A stretch of DNA of 39,177 bases. Origin: Octopus bimaculoides (taxonomy: Eukaryota). The stretch spans positions 31,913,191 through 31,952,367 of the forward strand of contig NC_068992.1 of NCBI RefSeq assembly GCF_001194135.2, in the 5' to 3' direction. Every line of letters begins with the position of its first letter. Position 1 is the first letter of the stretch. Below, piece by piece: positions 25,584 to 36,989 of this stretch. The notes below the pieces were generated by a model that saw only the letters and a list, made by a program, of their open reading frames with translations, did no database searches and was not told the origin of the DNA. Made by a program: the position numbers and the translations under genes.

Positions 25584-25762
25584 TTGATTTCAAATGTTGG
25601 TACAAGGTCACCATTTCAGGGAAGCGAGTAAGTATATTACATCGACACCAGCTACTTATGTTATCTACCCCTAAATGATGAAGGCAAAGTCAATCCTGGC
25701 GGAATTTGAACTTAGAAAGTGAAGACGGTTTAGCCGGTGTGTTAACGATTTTGCAAGTTCAT
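25584..25762 (-). mobile_element. SINE family A, degenerate copy
   Basis: gatgaaggcaaagtcaatcctggcggaatttgaacttagaa matches copies 1 and 2. Confidence 0.75.
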
Positions 25763-26199
25763 TTCCATATTATCGTTGACGTTACCATCATTATTATCGT
25801 TGTAGATTTCTGTAAATCTTATAATACTATTCATATTATATCACGATTTCCATTTTCATTTCTTTCATCTACATAAGACACTTAATGTTATTTGAATCAT
25901 TACACTGATTTTCCTTATTTCTTGAATTCGTATATCTATAAACATAATTATTATTGATAGCTATGCATTCATTCTTCTGGATAACCACATACCTCACAAG
26001 TTCCAATTGGATTTCTCTTTTTCATCACTAATGACAGTATTGTTTGTTATTTCGTACTAATTTAAATTTTTGGTTTCTCTATTCGTATTAGTACATAATT
26101 TATTATTAATATTATTTACTTTATTAACTTTTCTAATTATTAAATTTATGAATATGATATTGTATGTTGTGTGTTGTTGTTTTCGATAGTTTCAATGTG

Positions 26200-26420
26200 T
26201 GAATGTTGAACTTTTCTGATATTTATTGAGTTCTGGGAAATACTTATCCCTTCTATTGAAAACACTACTTGCAAATTTACATGATAATACAACGTCCGAT
26301 ACATGGTTATGTCCCAATATACGCCACCCTATAGGACATAAAATCAGGCAATTATTAAAGCTATTACAATTTATACATACACTTGTCGCAGAATACCTGT
26401 TGAGTTTCCTATTAAGTAAC
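26200..26420 (-). mobile_element. Possible highly decayed GIY-YIG fragment
   Basis: Only MYKL and AYIGT-like pieces, in different frames. Confidence 0.25.
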
Positions 26421-26545
26421 ACTTAGTCGTTCAGATCGTTTCGGTATTTCCAATATTTTAAATGTTCTAGGTCCTTCTGTCTATTAGAATTTTCTCAGTT
26501 TATATAAATGTCATTCTTTTTCTTCTTCTTCTTCTTCTTCTTCTT

Positions 26546-26576
<31 letters not shown>

Positions 26577-26599
26577 TTATTATTATTATTATTATTATT

Positions 26600-26986
26600 T
26601 TATGTTTGACTTTTGTTTTGCATTTGTACAAGTTGGATCCAAGTCTCACCCAGAGACCTCAAGAGACAACAAGTTAGAAGTTCATGTAGGTGTTATGCCT
26701 AGGGTACCATATATTTGGATTTGTACAGTTTTGTTCAAGTGAANNNNNNNNNNAAGAAACCATAAGAAAATTATGTTTGCTTTAAAATTTGAGATCACAT
26801 AGACAGTATTTTACGTAGGATATAGGCAGTTCCCATGAGCACTATCTTTTGAACTTCAGCCATTTTGGGGCTTCCTGGAATCTGAGCTAGGTAGTAATCA
26901 GCCCGTTTCGCTGTCATTCCCAGGGCACCTATGACAATAGGTATTGTTTTCGTCTTCAGATTCCACATTTTGCTAATTTCTATTTC
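26600..26986 (-). mobile_element. R4/Dong-type LINE, short 3' end
   Basis: EIEISKMWNLKTKTIPIVIGALGM...VQKIVLMGTAYILRKILSM* plus 3' UTR ending at the (ATT)n/(TCT)n array 26515-26600. Confidence 0.9.
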
Positions 26987-28560
26987 ACCCAGAGACCTCA
27001 AAACACATAAAGATTGAAGTTCATGTTGGTGTTATGCCTAGGGTGTCATATATTTGGTTTTGCACATAGTATTGTTCTAGAGAATGTTTAAGTAAACAAG
27101 AAAATTATGAGTTTGTTTTAAATTTTGAGATTTCATAGACAGTATTTGATGTGGGATATGGGCAGTCCCCATAAGTACTATCTTTTGGATTTTTGCCATT
27201 TAGGGTTTTCTGGTATCTGAGTTAGGTAGCAATCAACACCTTTTGCTATCATTCCTAGGGCACCTATGAAAACAGGTATCGTTTTAGTCTAGAGGATCCA
27301 CATTTCTATTTCATGTTCTTCTCACTTACTTAGTTTTTGGTAGGTCTTGATAGATACATTTATTTCATTTGGGACAGTTATATCAATGAGGAAGCATGAT
27401 TTGTATCTGCACTCTTTCAATATAATGCCTGACCTATTCACATTTATCTTTCTATCAGTTTGAATTATGAAGTTCCACAGGAGTAAAATGTGATTATTTT
27501 CAAGCACTGGATGTGGTTTGTGTCACCAATAGTTTTTATCATAAGTTTTTATCCAGGTTTTTGAAAATTACCCAGTGAATATATTGTGCTGCTCTATCAT
27601 GCCTGTCGAGATATTCTCTACGCGCAAGAAGACTGCACATGGAAACAACATGATCAATGGTTGCATTTTGTTGTTGACATACGCGCCATCTTGGACAGCT
27701 GGCGTTCTTTAATATGTTGGCCTGGTAGTTTCTTGTAGGTAGGCATTGATTTGGGGCTGCTACTGTATCTGATTTTAAGCCAGGATCCGCTACCAATTGA
27801 TGGGTGAGAGCACTATTATCTCACTTGCAGAGGTTTTTTCCTGCCATTTACCAGTAAGAATATCTAAGGTAGCAGCTTTAGCACGAGTTTTTGTAAGCTT
27901 AGCATTCTCTGTGCTATTTCTGGAATCTGTTGTATTTGGAATTCGCTTAGATATGCTTTTGTTACTGAATATGATTCTTTCTTGTTTACATGCCTATAGA
28001 CAAGTTTTAACATCTAATCATCAGAGTTTTTCAGGTAGGTTTGTGGACCGATTGGGGCAATTTTAATTGTTAATTCTTGTTGTAAAAGTCCACGGCCACC
28101 CTCTTTTATTGACATGTAAATTCATTCTATATCTCCATCAGGGTGGTGCATTTTATGTCTTGTCAACAATCTTCGTATTTTTCTGTCAAGTTTGCATATT
28201 TCAGTCATTGACCAGTCAATGATATTGAATCTGTAAGTCGCAGCTGATATGGCTAAATTGATCGCTTCGATCTTGTTTCTTGCATTCAGCTTTGTCTTCA
28301 GTATTGCCCTTTCCCTGCGATAACATTCTCTTCTGATCTTTTCCCTCATCACTGATTGCTTGATTCCATCCCCTTCAAATACCCCCGGGTATTTGTTGCT
28401 CTCCACTGGTTTTAGTTTCGGAGAGTAGGTGCTATTTTATACGTTTCCAGACATTTTAAAATCCAGCTATGCGGTAGACTATCAAAAGCTTTTTCATTGT
28501 CTTTCAAGGCTATCGACATGTTTTTTGGTCGTTTGTAACAATCTTCCAAGATCATCTTAT
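26986..28560 (-). mobile_element. R4/Dong-type LINE, 5'-truncated and internally deleted
   Basis: KAFDSLPHSWILKCL (RT); KYPGVFEGDGIK...KLDRKIRRLLTRHKMHHP; TRNYQANILK...RVC...TIDHVVSMC...RHDR; LLWNFIIQTDRKI...CFLIDITVP. Confidence 0.9.
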
Positions 28561-28611
28561 TTATCTTCATCGATAATCCTTATTATTATTATTATGATTA
28601 TTATTATTATG

Positions 28612-30485
28612 AAAGACTGTCGGATAGTTCTTAATTACCCGTTATTTTTTACTTAAAGCAAGCAGTAAAAAGTCAGGAAAAGTTTCTAGTAGTGCCTTCT
28701 CCTGTGACTCAAAGAGACAATACTCTCCTTAGAATGCGAGCTGTACCTAACAATGCCGTCCTCTGGATCACTTCGAGCCTGACAGCAGCTCCGATGTTCT
28801 AAACATGTTTTCGAAGCTTATGGAAACTGTTCCTAATGCTCCAATTACCACCGTAATCACTATTACTTTCTTCGTGCCCCATAATTTTTCTATCTCGCCG
28901 CTGCGTAGGTTTCCGTAGGTTTCAGTCTCGAATCGTCTGGCATAGCAATATTTATTACCTTTGCTTCTGTTTCATTCTTATGGATGATCACAATATCTGG
29001 CCGTCTCGCTTCTATGACTTGATTACACTGTATGTTAAATTCCAAGAGTATTTTGCAATGTTTATTTTCTAGTACTCCTGCCTTGTGTTACCACACAACA
29101 GCCAGTAGACATGTCAGGCCACATTGTCGTGTCTCCTTTTGTATTCACATTGTATGATCTTACAACACCCACTAACAATATGGTTTATACTTTCTCCCTT
29201 CTCAGACCACATCCTACACTGTGGCAAATCAATGATTTTATCAATGTAATATTTGAAGTAGTTTGTTCTGAGAGCGTGTGCGTGAGCACTGCACACTAAT
29301 GCCTCAGTGAGCCCTTTTAATCCCCCGTTCTGCAGCCGTTGTCAGGTTCTATTCCTATCACTATCATCTTAATTCTTCAAGACATAACTTTAATTTTCTT
29401 GTCCTGCTGAATTTTCCTCATCTGCTCTATCTGGTCTTTCTTAAATTGTGTTGGATCTACGGTTTAGTTCACATTTAAGGTTCCCTGCATTTTCACTGTA
29501 TCAAACCAGGATATTGATATACCAAGCCAGGATATCCTCCTCTTCTTTTACACAACCTTCACAACACACCAATCTTCGCCATCCTCATTTCATCTTTACA
29601 TACAATCTTGACACATCACTCTTGGGTGTAATTTCTTGTTCGTTGTCATTAATTTACATGTTCTCCGGCCCATCTCTTGTAATTCATTCTTCTTCCAAGA
29701 TAATATTCCTGCACCATCTCATTAAAGTTACCGCCCACTTGTTGATTACTCTAATCTTATAGCGACCATTAAGCTTCGATTGGAGCTCTAGTCGAGTTCT
29801 CCTCAAATATTATATCCTGTGCATTTCTTTCATCTTGTCTTCATTCATCTTCTCTCTTTCAATGATGCCCATGTGCATATATCCTTCTTCTCCGACTTCC
29901 TTTATAATTTCGTCACTTTCCAGCTTGATCCTATGGCTTTTACTGTTTTTCCCCCTTTTGTGAATTATTGCTCCACATTTCACGATCCTAAATATCCATG
30001 CCAATATCATTGCTATTCATTTGCACTGCTGCCGTCAAACTCTCAATTTCTTTCTCAGTCTTCGCAAAAAGCTGTAGGTCATACATAAACCACAGGTTGT
30101 TTACCTTCACTCTGCCTAGCATGTACCCCACACGCATCTTTTTTAAAACACTCATTAGAGGAAGTATGCAGACAACAAATAGGAGAGGTGACAGACTGTT
30201 CCCTTGAAAGATTCTTCTTTTGATATTTACCTCCACCAGCTTATCTCTCCATGATGTGACTTGAGTTCGCCACCTTGTCATTGACTTTTGTATTAACCTC
30301 AGGATATTGTGGGAGACCTTAAGCAGTTTAAAACATTCAATGGTCCACGAGTGTGAGACCATGTTCTATGCTTTCCTGTAGTCCACCCATGTCATCGCCA
30401 ATTTGTTGTGTCTCTTGCAGTCAGCCAGGATAGTCTTATCGATTAGTAATTGATCATTCGTTCCTCTACTCTTAAGTCTTCATAC
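28612..30485 (-). mobile_element. R4/Dong-type LINE, about 1.9 kb, 5'-truncated, different subfamily
   Basis: [12 protein letters not shown]...WVDYRKA..VSHSW; RIFQGNSLSPLLF; NLWFMYDLQLFAK (decayed YMDD); LRTNY...CRM...ESINHIVSGC...RRHDNVA; RRPDIV; LRRVLSL*. Flanked by (ATT)n on both sides. Confidence 0.92.
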
Positions 30486-30489
30486 ACTT

Positions 30490-30573
30490 TTTATTATTGT
30501 TGTTGTTCTTCTTCCTATTATTATTGTTGTTGTTGGTGTTACTGTTGTTGTTGTTATCGTTATTATTATTATT
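30490..30573. repeat. Degenerate (ATT)n/(GTT)n microsatellite
   Basis: Visible. Confidence 0.9.
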
Positions 30574-31250
30574 GCTAAATTGGGATTTAGTATAGGAATT
30601 ATTAGTAAAGTTTTCAATTCTCACTCCAATTAACCAATGATTTTTATTCTGCCTATTATTGAATGGTCCATTTTTAGAATCTGCTTCAACTCTGTTTCTA
30701 CGAATATATTTAAATTTTACATTACATCCGCCTCTCGCTGCTGCTACGCATATAATATTCTGCGTGTGACTTAAAAAACTTGCATTTCCTGAGAGTCGTG
30801 ATAAGGCGAATATTTACTATTGCATTTATAACTACGAGTGGATGATCTATGTGTTATTCCCAATTATCATTAGGTCCGTGGTAATGACTTGCACAATTTG
30901 TATTCAAGTTTAGCGTACACGTAGACATTGTTGTTTTAACAGTTGAAGTGAAATTGTGGTATGGTATGTACGTGAAATTAAAAAAATTTTTTTTTTCTTT
31001 TTACTTTAATTCTGCTATGCAAATGAACAGATAAGAACATCTGCTTATAATTCACCGATCAAACTATTTTAAAAGATGTCATTAACTGAATTGCTCAAAC
31101 AATTCTGCTTGACTAAAAAACCATAAACGTGGAGTTACCGTTTTTCAGATATAGCATCAGTCAACAAGTTCTATATCTAAGAGATGAGGAATTACGTCCA
31201 TTTACATTATTTACATTTGACGGATATTTGTCCTCACCTTGTACATTGTT

Positions 31251-31296
31251 AACACAGGGTTTCGGCTGATATACCCTCCAGCCTTCATCAGGTGTC
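31251..31296 (-). ncRNA. Minimal type I hammerhead ribozyme fold (cleavage triplet mutated)
   Basis: GACAC-CUGAUGA-A-GGCUGG-AGGGUAUA-UCAGCC-GAAAC-CCU-GUGUU: intact core, 6-bp stem II, 5-bp stem I, no independent stem III. Confidence 0.7.
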
Positions 31297-31379
31297 TTGG
31301 GGGAAATTTCGAAACTGGGATCTCATTCATAAGGCTTTTTTCGATGTTATTATTATTATTATTATTACTATTAACATTC

Positions 31380-31453
31380 AGGTCACTGCCTGGAATCGAA
31401 CTCAGAATCTTGGTGTTAGTAGCCTGTGCTCTTAACCATTACGCCATATGCCC
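31380..31453 (-). promoter_or_regulatory. tRNA-like module with Pol III A and B boxes inside the pLTR
   Basis: A box TGGCGTAATGG (31436-31446) and B box GAGTTCGATTCC (31392-31403). Duplicated at 31526-31590 and inverted at 32107-32180. Confidence 0.75.
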
Positions 31454-32106
31454 GTGAGAAATTCCGGAATGAATTTTAGGGTTTATAAATCTAATATTTT
31501 CCTATCCTTCCTTAANNNNNNNNNNCCTGGAATCGAACTCAGAATCTTGGGGTTAGTAGCCTGTGCTCTTAACCATTACACCATATGCCCGTGAGAAATT
31601 CCAGAATGAATTTTAGGGTTTATAAATCTAATATTTTCCTATCTTTCCTTAATACCGGTTCCCATATACTATTCATATCTGCACTGGGTCTGCTTAGGAG
31701 GTTGTTGTGTCCTAGCATATGTGCTACTTCTTTTAGTTTTCATATTTTCTAGTGGTGTTCTCTATCTATTATATTAACTTCATCCTACAGGGTGAGGTAG
31801 TCTCCATTTTACCATACATGATCAGCTCTATCCGATTTATCAATATTACCTCGTGTCAGAGCTTTCCATTGTTCGTCCACCCTTATATTGTGAGGGCGGC
31901 ATGTTTCACTTGGATATTACCTCCCACAGCTGCATGGGACGGAGTACACGCAGTCTATGGACATATTCTATTCTATAAGTGGTTTTACTCGAAGGAGATA
32001 TTTGCGAAGTGTTGTATTACTCTTGAACACCGTCATGATATCAAATAGGCCGCTTATCTTTTGTATCTTTTCGGAGAGGCCTACAATTGACTCCATAATT
32101 GCCCAT

Positions 32107-32180
32107 GGGTATATGGTGTAATGGTTAAGAGCGCGAGCAACTAATCCCAAGATTCCGAGTTCAATTCCAGGCAGTAACCT
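32107..32180 (+). promoter_or_regulatory. tRNA-like A/B-box module in the inverted pLTR
   Basis: TGGTGTAATGG (32114-32124) and GAGTTCAATTCC (32157-32168). Confidence 0.75.
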
Positions 32181-32184
32181 GAAA

Positions 32185-32279
<95 letters not shown>

Positions 32280-32334
32280 TAATAATATCCCAAAATACCT
32301 TAGGAATGATAACCCAGGTTCAAAATTTCCCCAA

Positions 32335-32380
32335 GACACTTAATAAAGGCTGGAGGGTATATCAGCCGAAACGTTGTGTT
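32335..32380 (+). ncRNA. Second hammerhead fold (core mutated)
   Basis: GACAC-UUAAUAA-A-GGCUGG-AGGGUAUA-UCAGCC-GAAAC-GUU-GUGUU: stems and GUU triplet intact, CUGAUGA decayed. Confidence 0.55.
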
Positions 32381-33632
32381 AACAACAAACAAGATGAGGA
32401 CAAATATCCGTCAAATGTCAATGATATAAATAATCAGTAAAGCATTCCATACCGTTTTATAATGAAGGATAACAATAGAAATGGTACCGGATACTTCGTA
32501 CCCGTAGACAAACTCAATAAAGCAGAATCCAAGCTTAAAACCGAAATGAATTGATATATATAATATATATATNNNNNNNNNNNNNNNNNNNNNNNNNNNN
32601 NNNNNNNNNNNNNNNNNNNNNNNNNNNNNNNNNNNNNNNNNNNNNNNNNNNNNNNNNNNNNNNNNNNNNNNNNNNNNNNNNNNNNNNNNNNNNNNNNNNN
32701 NNNNNNNNNNNNNNNNNNNNNNNNNNNNNNNNNNNNNNNNNNNNNNNNNNNNNNNNNNNNNNNNNNNNNNNNNNNNNNNNNNNNNNNNNNNNNNNNTATA
32801 TACATATACACACACATAGATGCATACATATATATATATATATATATATGCACAATACGGTTTCCTCTATAGCTATCATTAGACACAGAATTGCAGAATG
32901 TGTTGAACGAAAGAAAGTTAAAATAGTCTTTCAACATGTGTCTTAGATTGGAATCGAACCCAATGTGAATGATGGCAAATTGTACTATAACCTCACTATC
33001 GTTACGACAGTACCGCCGTACAATCTTGTAACATATCTACGAACGAAATCTTGCTGTAGCATATTTTGTGTAGCAGTATGTAAATAAAAATGGTACACGT
33101 CTTACTTTTCATTTGGTAGTATCCTAAACGCATAAAATATTTCTTTAAAAACAGAATTCTTATGCATCTGCCACAAGGAAATTTGTGAGATGATATGAAA
33201 GTAAAGTATTTTAGAACTGATTTCATAATCCGAATAAATATAGGAAGGAAACTCAATGAAATGACTGTTGGAAGTGATCAACTATATAGTGTAAGTTACA
33301 AGCTTAGGCGAATAAGTAATTATGTTCTTAAACGGGGAGTATTGCCCTAAGCTAGTTATTTCTGTTGGTTTTCATCATTCTTTATTATATGTTAGCTAAG
33401 ATACGATTTAAACTCACGAGTCATTACATTATAAACGTGCATTAGTAAAGTCGCTGACATCCGTGTCAATATAGCCGCCAGTAGATATCCTATGTACAAT
33501 TCTAAACTTGCCTTCTACACTATAAATATTATATGCTACTTCTTATAAAGGTGTCGAAATCAAAAATATAATTTTATTGGTTTTTTATACGTTATATATA
33601 TATATATAAATACACACACACACATACACACA

Positions 33633-33703
<71 letters not shown>

Positions 33704-34040
33704 TCATTTCCAAAAAGTACAGCTTTTGATTTGCTTAACAACAATTTTTCAAGTCATTGCCCTACAGTAGCCGCAGACGAATGACTCGGGAAATTTAAAG
33801 CTGTTACATATGTATGTGTGGATGTGTTTGTCCTTGTGTGTATGTTAAAGAGTAATTCGATATCGGCCACGGGTGCAATACCTAAGGATATAGTTCTCGA
33901 ACAACAGCAAATTTTGTATTTTATTGGCACGTTTACCTAACCGTTAAGTTGGGACTTAGTCAACCAACAACTGTAAAGTGGTGTGTGGACAAACAGATAT
34001 CTACATATATATATATATAGTTTTAGGGAAAAGAACCAAG

Positions 34041-34158
34041 GTTCATGAACACGTTCGATGAAAATCCACTGTCACATAGAAAAATTAATATTTATTGTGC
34101 TTTTAGTTATTAATTTTTCTATATGTGACACTCGATTTTCATCGATGAGTTCATGAAC
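34041..34158. repeat. Imperfect ~118-bp inverted repeat (fold-back) running into a gap
   Basis: Arms gttcatgaac..tcgatgaaaatc..tgtcacatagaaaaattaata and tattaatttttctatatgtgaca..gattttcatcga..gttcatgaac around a 17-nt loop. Confidence 0.85.
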
Positions 34159-36199
34159 NNNNNNNNNNNNNNNNNNNNNNNNNNNNNNNNNNNNNNNNNN
34201 NNNNNNNNNNNNNNNNNNNNNNNNNNNNNNNNNNNNNNNNNNNNNNNNNNNNNNNNNNNNNNNNNNNNNNNNNNNNNNNNNNNNNNNNNNNNNNNNNNNN
34301 NNNNNNNNNNNNNNNNNNNNNNNNNNNNNNNNNNNNNNNNNNNNNNNNNNNNNNNNNNNNNNNNNNNNNNNNNNNNNNNNNNNNNNNNNNNNNNNNNNNN
34401 NNNNNNNNNNNNNNNNNNNNNNNNNNNNNNNNNNNNNNNNNNTATATATATATATATATATATATACAAACACTGAGAGGGAGAGAATCTATTGTGGAGA
34501 ATGTTTCATTCTTAAAACTTATTACTTTTGACTGTGCGAAATTCTATCTTCTTTGAAAGTTCAATATTCCTCATTTACCTCCTTTTGTAACCTGCGTAAT
34601 CGAAAGCAATGTTGTGAATGATAATTTGATAGTAGTCAAAATTATGCATATTTAAGAGATTTTCTGCTCATGATGAAGAAGGAATATTATGAATCGTATC
34701 AACATGCAATTTTACTTGAAATTATATTCTTCGGTTTTCCCATGGAAATCGCATCAAATCAATCTTAGCTATTGAAAAGCTGCATCACATGATTTCAGCT
34801 ATTATAAATATATGTGTGCGTTTCGAAGAAGTTAATACCTTTGCCTAAACTATGACCACTGCCCATACGAAAGCTAGAGTAGAACAGACCTTGGTTCTTT
34901 TCAGTACAAATATATAACATGCTTCTTATATCATCTTATCAAAACGAAAACCGCGTTGTTATTGGAAATATATCCCGTTTCGTTTTGTCATATCGTATTC
35001 CATTTGATTTTTTGGCAATCTTACTTGAGTTTACAACGATTAATTTTACCAAAATGCCTGTAAATGTATTCTCCATTTAAAATGTAGGTACACAAATTCG
35101 GAGCGTAGGATCTTCAGTGACATTGCTATTGATATATTAGTCTCAGTAATTGTCCCAAATGTTGTCTAAGTACACACGCCAGAAAGACAAAAATGTTTCT
35201 ACTAAAATTTGCTTGGTGTTCTATTTATTCAATGCATTGCTTCACTTTTGATTCTACTTCTTCCAGAGTTAATAGTAAGGGCATCACGTATAGTGGTTTT
35301 TATGGAGGTTTTCGTTTTGCACAGCTTGACTGTGTTCATTCATCGAAACGGTGAATTCATTTCTGATTTCACAGGGAAGTCCGTAGGATTGAATCATCCA
35401 AAGTAAGATAGTTTACTTGAAGACCTAGTTATCACAATTTAAACAGCTATATTCCGCATTGGCTTATTAACGACTACATTAAAGTCGCAAATATCTGCTC
35501 TTTTGCTGGATTTATTCATGCCTCTACCCCAAGCTTTTGCACTGTCTATAGGAAACTTCTTTTAAATACCAAGGATTTCTACAATTTACATATTAGGCAT
35601 TAGCATATTTCCAATAAGCATATATTTTACTTTCACTACTCTCATAGATTTATGTATTTAAAAGTTCATTCTCTAACGATTACTTGTCACCAAATTATGC
35701 AGATAATCTAATCACACAAATATAATCACATTGAAGTTACAATTCTCTTATACCATTTAAACTTATCTTCATCAGTCTTGTAGATGTCATTGATAGATTA
35801 TATATTACTAATAAAAAACAACACACACTATTACAAAAAACTTCAAAGTACATGAATATGCCAAGGTGTGCGCATGCATACATATTTATATGCAAACAGA
35901 TATGTACGTTGCATTATTCATATACACACAAATCATATATATATATATATTCTACGGCCACAATACATGTATTAAAACGCTACTAATGCTTTCATATGTT
36001 GAGAAATATAAAATATATATTTCAGAGGTGCAAACCACATATAACAATTTAAAGAAATTGAATAGAAGAAACGCGAAACAATTGAGAAGGCAGCATGTAG
36101 AAAACACAGACAGTAAATCACAGGAAACGGAAAACGAAAAGAAGAAACTAAAATGTAAAAAAGAATGTGTAAAAAGGTAACAGAGCTACCCTCCATAGA

Positions 36200-36850
36200 C
36201 CTTAAAGGATAAAGTTGGAAAGATATCAAGTCAGTCAGGACCTGGAGACTTAGGAATCTCAGATCTGAACAGGATCTGCGCTCTTTCAGTCAAAAGAGGT
36301 CTACATTTATTCGATCCACTGCCATAAGGTAGGAATTTCTCAATTACTTTCCAGTTAATCAGATGCGGTGTTTCGTTATTTATCTAAGTCCATACGTTGC
36401 TAGCCAACTTAGTAGTTTTACTTCTGATGTTGGGAGGAGGCTATGTGATTAGCATAGCGAATTTAAATTCACCTTCACATAATCCAATATGTCTTCTTTT
36501 CAGTTGTATTATAATTTTGGGTTGCAGTAACTCCTGCTGCATGTATGATAGATTGAGTCATTCTTCGTCACTCAAGTAGAATGGATCTTGTGTCGCGACA
36601 GTTACAACTGTATTCAGGCTCTTGATATTGACCACGTGTAATGATACTCTTCATATTGGGGCAGTGGCTATATGATAATTTCAAAGAACACCTATTAAAT
36701 ATTTTCCATTACTTGTGAGTGGGTGGAATGTGTTTGTCTAGGAAAGGCAGGAATCTTTTTTTAAATGTTGGTTTTTATAGTAAGGGAAAAGGGACGAGCG
36801 AACCAAGTAATTTTCCTTTGCCTGCTTTTAGATATCTTATTTTCCTGACT
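36200..36850 (-). mobile_element. Penelope-like element, linker and GIY-YIG endonuclease (decayed)
   Basis: RQRKITWFARPFSLTIKTNI..FL.FLDKH.P..H..KIFNR.SLKLSY..CPNMKSII; IIHAAGVTA...GLCEGEFK; KLASNVW...INWKVIEK..PY.SGSNKC. Confidence 0.85.
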
Positions 36851-36989
36851 AATACTAGATTGTTTATGTACTATTTTATCTTTGATGCCATTAGATTTAT
36901 TATAAATATTTTGATTATTATTAGGGAGATTATATATTAATTTATCTTTGACGTCACTATTTAAGGTTCATTTGGCATATTAGCATTTC

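Larger units (their letters stand above)
31167..32432 (-). mobile_element. 5'-truncated Penelope-like element: inverted pLTR, GIY-YIG endonuclease, direct pLTR
   Basis: Endonuclease at 32079-31620: GLSEKIQKI...VFKSNTTLRKYLLRVKP...DCVYSVPCSCGR*YPSETCRP..IRVDEQWKA..RG..DKS..ADHVW...WEPVL. Segments 31167-31620 (-) and 32080-32432 (+) are inverted copies of each other. Confidence 0.85.

Noticed and set aside
31389-31651. 127-bp direct duplication flanking a 10-N gap, suggesting a tandem pLTR
   Set aside because: Only 4 differences and it sits on a minimal scaffold gap, so it is most simply two haplotypes or an unmerged contig overlap. A real tandem pLTR cannot be excluded without reads.
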